NCBI RefSeq assembly: GCF_964204645.1
Contig: NC_134030.1
Location: 1,533,355 to 1,597,354 of the forward strand
Length of the DNA stretch: 64,000 nucleotides
Source: Tubulanus polymorphus
Lineage: Eukaryota; Animalia; Nemertea
Reading direction: 5' to 3'
In this document: positions 23,311 to 33,383 of the stretch, in pieces
Position numbering within the stretch: position 1 is the first letter of the stretch
How the letters are laid out: each line of letters starts with the position of its first letter
Made by a program: the position numbers and the translations under genes
Notes under the pieces: generated by a model
What the model saw: the letters and a program-made list of their open reading frames with translations, nothing else
What the model was told of the DNA's origin: nothing
The model's database searches: none

Positions 23311-23367
23311 GGGTAAACATTTTAAATTTAAAAAATCAAAAATAAAAAAAAAATTATAAAATCTTTA

Positions 23368-23822
23368 AAAATCTCATCTCATTTCATCCAATTTATTTAT
23401 TTGCGGGTGCGATGCCTATCGCACCCATTCATGTCATCCATCAAAAAAAAATTAAAACTAAAAACGAAAAAAAATATAAAAATTTAAAAAATCTCATCTC
23501 ATTTCATCCAATTTATTTGCGGGTGCGATTCCTATCGCACCCATTCATGTCATTCATCCAAAAAAAATAAAAAACTAAAAACGAAAAAAAAATATAAAAA
23601 TTAAAAAAATCTCATCTCATTTCATCCAATTTATTTATTTGCGGGTGCGATTCCTATCGCACCCATTCATGTCATTCATCCAAAAAAAAATAAAAAACGA
23701 AAAACGAAAAAAAAATATTAAAATTAAAAAATCTCATCTCATTTCATCCAATTTATTTATTTGCGGGTGCGATACCTATCGCACCCATTCATGTCATTCA
23801 TCCAAAAAAAATTTAAAAACTA
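23368..23822. repeat. ~120-bp tandem repeat x4 with a perfect GC-rich hairpin (copy B 56696-57148)
   Basis: GGGTGCGAT-NCCT-ATCGCACCC at 23405, 23521, 23643 and 23765, separated by A-rich tracts. Confidence 0.95.
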
Positions 23823-24074
23823 GAAATTAAAGTTCTAAGTTTGTTGTTAGATTCTATTGAAAGAACGTTGTAAAGTTCTTAATTTGTCTTAAAAAACGTT
23901 AGAAAAAAAGAACTTCTTAAAGTTCTCAATCTGCCGTAAAATGCAATTGAAAAGATTATAACTCACATGAAAATTAAAAAGATAAAATAATTGATAAATA
24001 ATCATTAATAAAAATTGAACTTTGGTCTCGCAATGTTTCCCCGTTATGCATTTTTTACTCGTCGTCAAACATCG

Positions 24075-24902
24075 GCAGCTCATCGTCGATACTCGCAGCT
24101 CGATACACACCAGCAGCTTGTCGTCGATACACACCAGCAGCTCGATACACACCAGCAGCTCGATTCACACCAGCAGTTCGTCGTTGATACACACCAGCAG
24201 TTCGTCGTCGATACACACCAGCAGTTCGTCATCGATACACACCAGCAGTTCGTCGTCGATAGACACCAGCAGCTCGATACACACCAGCAGCTTGTCGTCG
24301 ATACTCACCAGCAGCTCGATTCACACCAGCAGTTCGTCGTTGATACACACCAGCAGTTCGTCGTCGATACACACCAGCAGTTCGTCATCGATACACACCA
24401 GCAGTTCGTCGTCGATAGACACCAGCAGCTCGATACACACCAGCAGTTCGTCATCTATACACACCAGCAGTTTGTCGTCGATACACACCAGCAGTTCGTC
24501 GTCGATACACACCAGCAGTTCGTCGTCGATACACACCAGCAGTTCGTCGTCGATACACACCAGCAGCTCGATACTCAGCAGCAGTTTGATACACACCAGC
24601 AGCTCGTCGATACACACCAGCAGTTCGTCGTCGATACACACCAGAAGCTCGATACACACCAGCAGCTCGTCGTCGATACACACCAGCCGCTCGATACTCA
24701 CAGCTCGATACACACCAGCAGCTCGTCGATACACACCAGCAGCTCGATACTCACCAGCAGCTCGATACACACCAGCAGCTCGTCGTCGATACACACCAGC
24801 AGCTTGATATTCACAGCTCGATACACACCAGCAGCTCGTTGATACACACCAGCAGCTCGTTGATACACACCAGCAGCTCGATACACACCAGCAGCTTGAT
24901 AC
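24075..24902. repeat. 18/21/24-bp variant minisatellite GATACACACCAGCAG(C/T)TC(GTC)0-2 (copy B 57402-57972, shorter)
   Basis: Direct tandem units; produces repetitive ORFs in several frames on both strands. Confidence 0.95.
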
Positions 24903-25872
24903 CAAAACAGCTTTTAGCTGGTGAAAACCTACCCCCCATCGGGGTTAAACATGATCAAGCTATTATTCTAGGAATATAACTGTTGCAAGGGAAGTTAAGA
25001 TTCATTAACCTAAACTTGATACAAAGAGATAATTGCTAATTATGAATTTCAAGGGTTTAAAAACTGATTTAAAAATCTTGAAAGACGCTCGGTCTCACTA
25101 GAGATTTTCATCTTAAAGATTTATTGTCCTCTTACTATTGTTTAGGTGATCTATAATTTGGTAAATGCTGCTGTTGGAAAGATGCCAGAAGAAAGTTGAT
25201 TCGTGCACATCTTCACTTCACGTATTTATTGCACAAGGCGCCGACTTGCACCTGCACTACACCATTCACACTTCACCACTTCTGCATCTTTATCAATTAA
25301 TTCTGGCATCTATTTGATAATTACTTTAAACATTAGATCTCAAACTGAAACATTGAGGTATTGAATTTCAAACTGAAATATCGAGCTATCGAATCTCGAT
25401 CTCAAATGTTTACTGGAAGCCATATTTGATGTTGTATTATTCATCATAGATTGTTTAGTGTTTTCTGGCATATGCGGGCCATTTAAGATGGTCAGATAAA
25501 TTCCCCGGTGGAAAATATATCTCGTGGAAGAGTCATGGAAATGAAAAATATCTTATGTAGATGTGAAGTTAGGAACCTTGCAACAGTTATTCCACCTGAG
25601 GATAATTTGATATAAGATGAATCAGTTATTGGATCATTTAACTGAAGCCAAATATAGTGAAAAATCTTAGTAAAAATTTGTCTCGAACTACAATTGAAAG
25701 GACTTATCACAGTTCTAATTCGACTCTAGGTGCGTTCAGAAGAACTTCTTAACAGTGAAAAAACTTGACTAAAAATCAGGAATCGACCCTGTTCATTGAT
25801 AAGATTTGATCTTTATTTGAAGATTAAGAATCAAACTCGCTAATTCACAATTTTTGGTAGTAAATACTGTTG

Positions 25873-26213
25873 ATCCATCATATTCGCAGCCCCCCGTGGG
25901 CTTACCAATCCATCATACGTGCAGCCACCTTGCGCTTACCAGTCTATCATACTCGCAGCCCCAGTGGGCTTACCAATCCATCATACGTGCAGCCACCTTG
26001 CGCTTACCAGTCTATCATACTCGCGGCCCCAGTGGGCTTATCAATCCATCATACGTGCACCCCCCGTGGGCTTACCAGTCCATCATACTCGCAGCCCCAG
26101 TGGGCTTATCAATCCATCATACGCGCAGCCCCCTTGGGCTTACCAGTCCATCATACTCGCAGCCCCAGTGGGCTTATCAATCCATCATACGCGCAGCCCC
26201 CTTGGGCTTATCA
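25873..26213. repeat. 34/35-bp alternating minisatellite (copy B 58942-59214, one dimer shorter)
   Basis: CATCATACTCGCAGCCCCAGTGGGCTTATCAATC and variants. Confidence 0.93.
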
Positions 26214-27099
26214 ATGAGAAACATTCAGACATAGTAACCGTTTTACTCGTGCTTTTCAACGACACCGTCTTATCACTCTGTAGAACGGCGATCGCAGCGT
26301 GAAATTTGTAATCGTATTTCTCCGCTGAATTTGAATATTTGATACGCGACGCGCGTGATTGAAGCTTTGTTTATGTTCGTGCTTGCCGCGATGAATTGTC
26401 ATAAATATATCCTCCGTACAGGAGGACCATGAAAAGGTTTGAAGGGATCCCTAGTTAGCGCTTGTCCAGGTTTGGCTCTGGACCCGCTTGTTCGACTAGG
26501 CATCTTGTTGGAAATTTTGTCGACTGAAACTTCCGTAACTTTCGTTTTAGACCTCGCTGCTCGAAGAGCCGTTGCTGCGTCGGTTACTGTCATGCTTCGG
26601 CACAATTTTGAACGATTGTTGGAAACCGCCTTGTTCTTCTGCTGCAGATGTTGACTGTGTCGTACCCACAGTAAAGTAGCCATCTTAAATTCAAATAGTT
26701 TCGGACATTTGAGGTCCTCATCAACTCCGAGTCTTCATTCAACTGCAGTTACTGCCATTTGCCAGTGTCTGATGTAGAAGTTCTGACTTGACATTTTGAT
26801 TTTCAGAATTAAAACCTTTTTTCTATTAAAGAAATTAGATATTGGTTAAAAAGAAATTAGATATTGGTTAAAAAACAAGTGAATAATTGTTTGTATGAAA
26901 AAAGAAAATCATGTTAGAAAAAAATATAGATGTGAAAAAATATAGATGTAAGAAAAAAAAAGTATATTGTAAATCGACGAGACGACAGAACCAGCATCAG
27001 CAACAACAACATCAGAGGAAGCAGTAACCAGTTATTTATCAGCTCCATAAATTACTGAAACGAAATCCACAACTCGGAAACCAACCACACTCAACTCTA

Positions 27100-29553
27100 G
27101 AATTGTTCATACAACTGTCAACATGGAGTTCATCTCACAAGCAAATTAGGTAATTATCTTATGAAATTGTATGAATTGCCAATTTAACATTTTTGCATTT
27201 CAAGTAGGTGTAATTGAATGTTTGTCAACCTTACTCTTATAAAACTGTGTTAACCGTTGAACAGGATTCTAAGACTGTGCAGAAAACCCGTTATCGCTGC
27301 TTTGCACCTATAATTATCTGATAAATTAGTATGGAATGCCAATTTTACATTTTTGCATTTAAGTTTAAGTGAGTTTAAAATCACGTTTCATTTGTTGTTT
27401 ATTTTGTCTTTTCAGTTTTCAATTTGCCGAGGTCAGTCGTCAAAAACTGTTACAACGGAAACTAAGATAACAAAGACTTGATTTGGCAAAGATTGAAGAA
27501 ATCCTGCGAAAAGATTATTCATGAATTGTTCATACAACTGTCAACATGGAGTTCATCTCACAAGCAAATTAGGTAGTTATCTTATGATTTTGTATGAAAT
27601 GCTAATTTTTACTCGTTAATTTTTTACAAATAAGTTGACTTTGAAATCTTTATTAATTTCTTGTTTATTTTGTTTTTTCAGTTTTCAATTTGCCGAGATC
27701 AGTCATCAAAAACTGTTACAACGGAAACTAAGATAACAAAGACTTGATTTGGCAAAGATTGAAGAAATCCTGCGAAAAGCTTATTCATGAATTGTTCATA
27801 CAACTGTCAACATGGAGTTCATCTCACAAGCAAATTAGGTAGTTATCTTAGGATTTTGTATGAAATGCTAATTTTTACTCGTTAATTTTTTACAAATAAG
27901 TTGACTTTGAAATCTTTATTAATTTCTTGTTTATTTTGTTTTTTCAGTTTTCAATTTGCCGAGATCAGTCATAAAAAAACTGTTACAACGGAAACTAAGA
28001 TAACAAAGACTTGATTTGGCAAAGATTGAAGAAATCCTGCGAAGAGATTATTCAAGAATTGTTCATACAACTGTCAACATGGAGTTCATCTCACAAGCAA
28101 ATTAGGTAATTATCTTATGGTTTTGTATGAAATGCTAATTTTACATTTTTGCATTTAAGTTTAAATGAGTTTAAAATCACGTTTCATTTGCTGTTTATTT
28201 TGTCTTTTCAGTTTTCAATTTGCCGAGATCAATCGTCAGAAAACTGTTTCAACGGAAACTAAGATAACAAAGACTTGATTTGGCAAAGATTGAAGAAATC
28301 CTGCGAAGAGATTATTCAAGAATTGTTCATACAACTGTCAACATGGAGTTCATCTCACGAGCAAATTAGGTAATTATCTTATGATTTTGTATGAAATGCT
28401 AAATTTTACTCGTTATTTTTTTACTAATAAGTTGACTTTGAAATCTTTATTAATTTCTTGTTTATTTTGTCTTTTCAGTTTTCAATTTGCCGAGATCAGT
28501 CATAAAAAAACTGTTACAACGGAAACTAAGATAACAAAGACTTGATTTGGCAAAGATTGAAGAAATCCTGCGAAGAGATTATTCAAGAATTGTTCATACA
28601 ACTGTCAACATGGAGTTCATCTCACGAGCAAATTAGGTAATTATCTTATGATTTTGTATGAAATGCTAAATTTTACTCGTTATTTTTTTACTAATAAGTT
28701 GACTTTGAAATCTTTATTAATTTCTTGTTTATTTTGTTTTTTCAGTTTTCAATTTGCCGAGATCAGTCATAAAAAAACTGTTACAACGGAAACTAAGATA
28801 ACAAAGACTTGATTTGGCAAAGATTGAAGAAATCCTGCGAAGAGATTATTCAAGAATTGTTCATACAACTGTCAACATGGAGTTCATCTCACAAGCAAAT
28901 TAGGTAATTATCTTATGATTTTGTATGAAATGCTAAATTTAACTCGTTATTTTTTTACTAATAAGTTGACTTTGAAATCTTTATTAATTTCTTGTTTATT
29001 TTGTTTTTTCAGTTTTCAATTTGCCGAGATCAGTCATAAAAAAACTGTTACAACGGAAACTAAGATAACAAAGACTTGATTTGGCAAAGATTGAAGAAAT
29101 CCTGCGAAGAGATTATTCATGAATTATATAACTGTCAACATGGAGTTCATCTCACAAGCAAATTAGGTAATTATCTTATGGTTTTGTATGAAATGCTAAT
29201 TTTACATTTTTGCATTTAAGTTTAAATGAGTTTAAAATCACGTTTCATTTGCTGTTTATTTTGTCTTTTCAGTTTTCAATTTGCCGAGATCAATCGTCAG
29301 AAAACTGTTTCAACGGAAACTAAGATAACAAAGACTTGATTTGGCAAAGATTGAAGAAATCCTGCGAAGAGATTATTCATGAATCATATAACTGTCAACA
29401 TGGAGTTCATCTCACGAGCAAATTAGGTAATTATCTTATGATTTTGTATGAAATGCTAAATTTTACTCGTTATTTTTTTACTAATAAGTTGACTTTGAAA
29501 TCTTTATTTATTTCTTGTTTATTTTGTCTTTTCAGTTTTGAATTTGCCGAGAT
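27100..29553 (+). repeat. ~266-bp tandem array of exon+intron-like units, 8 full exons (copy B 60080-61204, 3 full exons)
   Basis: Acceptors TTTTCAG end at 27415, 27681, 27947, 28211, 28478, 28745, 29012, 29272 and 29535; each full exon ends AAATTAG|GTAATT or GTAGTT. Confidence 0.9.
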
Positions 29554-29654
29554 TCACATGTAGCAGATATAATGGAATTAAGTATTGAGAACCGCAACTT
29601 AACAATAAACCGGATCAACTTAATATAGTGCTGAGGACCAAAAATAAAGGATAA

Positions 29655-30295
29655 ACCCGACCAGTGTAATTCAGTGTCGAGAACCGCAGTTAAACGATGA
29701 ACCCAACCAGTGTAATTCAGTGTCGAGAACGGCAGTTAAACGATGAACCCGACCAGTGTAATTCAGTGTCGAGAACCGCAGTTAAACGATGAACCCTACC
29801 AGTGTAATTCAGTGTCGAGAACCGCAGTTAAACGATGAACCCGACCAGTGTAATTCAGTGTCGAGAACCGCAGTTAAACGATGAACCCGACCAGTGTAAT
29901 TCAGTATTGAGAACCACAATTAAACGATGAACCGGACCAGTGTAATTCAGTGTCGAGAACCACAATTAAACGATGAACCGGACCAGTGTAATTCAGTGTC
30001 CAGAGCTGCAGTTAAACAATGAACCGGACCAGTGTAATTCAGTGTCGAGAACTGCAGTTAAACGATGAACCCGACCAGTGTAATTCAGTATTGAGAACCA
30101 CAATTAAACGATGAACCGGACCAGTGTAATTCAGTGTCGAGAACCGCAATTAAACGATGAACCGGACCAGTGTAATTAAGTGTCGAGAACCACAATTAAA
30201 CGATAAACCGGACCAGTGTAATTCAGTGTCGAGAACTGTAATTAAACGATGAACCGGATCAGTGTAATTCAGTTTCGCAATAACCGCAATAAAAC
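29655..30295. repeat. 46-bp minisatellite, 13 full units (copy B 61305-61765, 9 units)
   Basis: ACCAGTGTAATTCAGTGTCGAGAACCGCAGTTAAACGATGAACCCG. Confidence 0.97.
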
Positions 30296-30464
30296 GATAA
30301 TCTGGAGTTGTAATAGTGTTGTGTATTTGCGTAGTGGATCAAGTGGAAGGATTTTAAGTGTATTTGGTGACTTTAATTCGTTCGCATCCAACAGAATCAA
30401 CAAAGACATTACAAAAAACGACAAAAAATGATTGAATGTAAATGCATTGAATTTAGGTTTGATG

Positions 30465-31585
30465 ATCAAGATAATCACTGATCAAGATTGACAGTTATAA
30501 TCCATAATTGTTGAACTTGATCAGAGATTTTCAAGATCGATTTTAAGGTGATTCAGAAGTTTAAATCTGATGTTTTAATCTCTGGGACTCAGATATTAAA
30601 TCAATAGATTTTTACTGCTGAATGATCTTCATGTACAGATGAGCTACAATTGTTCCTAGTGTGTTCTGTTAAGACTGATTAAAGGGTGGAAAAACTTGAC
30701 TCAAATTCAAATTGAGTCGAGTTTTTCCAAGATAATCTCTGATCAAGATCAGCAGTTACCGGTATAATCCATAATTGTTGAACTTGATTGGTGATTTTCA
30801 AGATCTGTTTTAAGGTGATTCACAAGTTTAAATCTAATGTTTTAATCTCTGGGTTCCAGATATTAAATCAATAGATTTTTACTGCTGAATGACCTTCGTG
30901 TTCAGATAAGCTACAATTGTTCCTAGTGTGTTCTGTTAAGAAAGGGTGGAAAAACTTGACCCAAATTCAAATTGAGTCGAGTTTTTCAAAGATAATCTCT
31001 GATCAAGATCGGCAGTTATAATCCATAATTGTTGAACTTGATTGGAGATTTTCGAGAACTGTTTTTAAGGTGATTCAGAAGTGTGAATCTGATGTTTTAA
31101 TCTCTGGGTTTCAGAGATTAAATCAATAGGTTTTAACTTCTGAATCACTTCGGGTTTTGGTAAGTTAAAGTGTTTCCTATTGTAATCTGTTAAACTGATT
31201 AAAGGGTGGAAAAAATTGATTCAAATTAATAATCTGAATCACAATTCACAATTAAATGAACTTTTTTAAGGTGATTCAGAAGTATAAATCTGATGTTTTA
31301 ATCTCTGGGTTTCAGAGATTAAATCAATAGGTTTTAACTTCTGAATCACTTCGGGTTTTGGTAAGTTAAAGTGTTTCCTATTGTAATCTGTTAAACTGAT
31401 TAAAGGGTGGAAAAAATTGATTCAAATTAATAATCTGAATCACAATTCACAATTAAATGAACTTTTTTAAGGTGATTCAGAAGTATAAATCTGATGTTTT
31501 AATCTCTGGGTTTCAGAGATTAAATCAATAGGCTTTACTTCTGAATCACTGTTAGGTTTTGATAAGTTGTAAGTTGTTCCTATTG
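30465..31585. repeat. Diverged ~190-260-bp tandem repeat, about 5 units (copy B 61935-62905, about 4)
   Basis: Recurrent TTTTAAGGTGATTCAGAAG...TTTTAATCTCTGGG...AAGGGTGGAAAAA blocks. Confidence 0.88.
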
Positions 31586-32272
31586 TTTAATGAATTGGTA
31601 GAAATTCTATTTTTAGGTGACAGGTCAAATAGATTAGAACAGTAATTTATGCAGAGGTTGAATTAATTTAATGTTTGATATACCAAAGAATGGTTTATTG
31701 TGAAGATTTAATTAAAATCTTAAATAAAGAGTTGTTCAATTTCATAAATTTTTTGTTTTCGATGAAGTTTTTTCATTTTCTGGATTTGAGGAATTTGACT
31801 TTAAACACATCGGTGGATTCAGCACAGTTCTGTGGACACAGTTTTGGGACCGAGACACAGCTCAAGACCCAGTTACAAGTTCAACTGGACTCCATCCCAA
31901 AAAACCCTGGGCCCTTCAAACCTTTAAGTAAGATGCTCACTTACAGATTCATAAAATTGACCCTTATTATCTTGTCATCTGCAGCACCATCTCAGAGGCT
32001 TAATCCAAGAATTTCTTGTAATGTTCAACAAATGTGAATTACATTAAGTAATTTTTGAGATCGACTAACACCAGTATTGAGTTTTTTCTAAATCACAGTC
32101 TACTTATTTTATATTCATCCACGATTTCATAGCTCTTTAACTATTCAACCCTTTCCCTGATGGGCCCTGGCCCCAATTGCTGAACCCAGTTCTCCAAGTC
32201 TAACTTCTGGGTTTAATGGTTTATCAGAGAATTAATGGATTAATTGGAAATAATCTAACAATCAATAAAGTT

Positions 32273-32343
32273 GTTCTTTTTTGATACGGGCTAGAAGTTG
32301 AGGGGCCCGCGCCCCGGGTTTTCTTTAAAGCTTTTGGCATTAT
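32273..32343 (-). pseudogene. Inverted paralogous start exon (MPKALKKTRGAGPSTSSPYQK), truncated at the junction
   Basis: Reverse complement matches 5692-5757, including its acceptor and upstream intron; no GT donor follows. Confidence 0.85.
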
Positions 32344-32413
32344 CTAGAAAAACAAGTAAAAATTATTAAATCATTTGAAAATATATCAGTCAGTCTTATT
32401 CTGGTTCAGTGAA

Positions 32414-32756
32414 CTAATTCTCTATATGGTGCATTTAGGGGTCCAGGGACACCACATCCACTAATTCTCTATATGGTGCATGTAGGGGTCCAGGGACACC
32501 ACATCCACTAATTCTCTATACGATGCATGTAGGGGTCCAGGGACACCACATCCACTAATTCTCTATATGGTACGTGTAGGGGTCCAGGAACACCACATCC
32601 ACTAATTCTCTATACGATGCATGTAGGGGTCCAGGGACACCACATCCACTAATTCTCTATATGGTGCGTGTAGGGGTCCAGGAACACCACATCCACTAAT
32701 TCTCTATACGATGCATGTAGGGGTCCAGGGACACCACATCCACTAATTCTCTATAT
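32414..32756 (-). repeat. Inverted copy of the 47-bp minisatellite, about 7 units
   Basis: Reverse complement of the 4904-5624 unit, sitting upstream of the paralogous start exon. Confidence 0.95.
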
Positions 32757-33029
32757 GTCGAGGGAGCTCTATCAATCAAGGAACAGTCGGCTCACAAGCA
32801 GCCCCTGCCCAAAAGGTTTTGACATTATATTTTCAAAAGCTCTAGTTGTTCTGTAGAACCGAGAGCGGAGCTCTGACTTGTTCCCCTCACTGCTGAGGTC
32901 TACTTTCTCTGATTCGCTGATTGGCTTCTCTTTGGTACATTTTAGATGATCAAAAACTAGAAACTGTCATGCGTTTATTCATTTGGGTATATGTTAAAAT
33001 TCTTTTACAGTAATGGCATATTAGGCACA

Positions 33030-33383
33030 TCAAAACAAATCCGGAATTGTCCCCGAACGAAGTGGCTCCCTCCACTCTCCATCAGTATGCCGGGCCACCA
33101 CCTCTACCTCTCGGGCAACTCGATCACTCGCCAGCTTTTTGGCGAGTGAACGAGTGACCGCCCGAGATACGGATGGAGGAGCAGGAGGAGCAGGACCCGC
33201 ACCTGCCCCAGCCCCACCACCATCCCTCTTCGGCCTCTTCCTATTTATCCCCTCCCCTTCCTCCCGATTACCTTCGTCAGCCGCACCATCCGCCGGGACC
33301 ACTCTTGCTCCTCCTCCCTGCAGAGCCACGACGACCGCAACTGGTACTTTTCGGTTTCTCATGGTTTCCCCACCATCTTTCAA
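33030..33383 (-). pseudogene. Inverted paralogous terminal exon of the micro-exon gene (open frame, isolated)
   Basis: VAVVVALQGGGARVVPADGAADEGNREEGEG...LRSGTIPDLF is nearly identical to the 22321-22713 translation; the 3' flank GCCTAATATGCC is also shared. Confidence 0.85.

Larger units (their letters stand above)
1..32272 (+). repeat. Segmental tandem duplication, copy A (true left end lies outside the window)
   Basis: Sequence from position 1 recurs from 34055 (ORF 951..1265 = 35005..35319, offset 34054) and is collinear up to ...CAATAAAGTT at 32272. Confidence 0.97.

Noticed and set aside
24015-24905. Long ORFs (DTHQQ / SSIHT / ELLVCIDD repeats, up to 275 aa)
   Set aside because: They arise from a stop-poor minisatellite with units in multiples of 3; several frames on both strands are open and lengths differ between copies.
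25850-26690. ORFs at 25854-26302 and 26399-26683
   Set aside because: The first set is minisatellite-derived; the 94 aa ORF has no recognisable features or supporting differences between copies.
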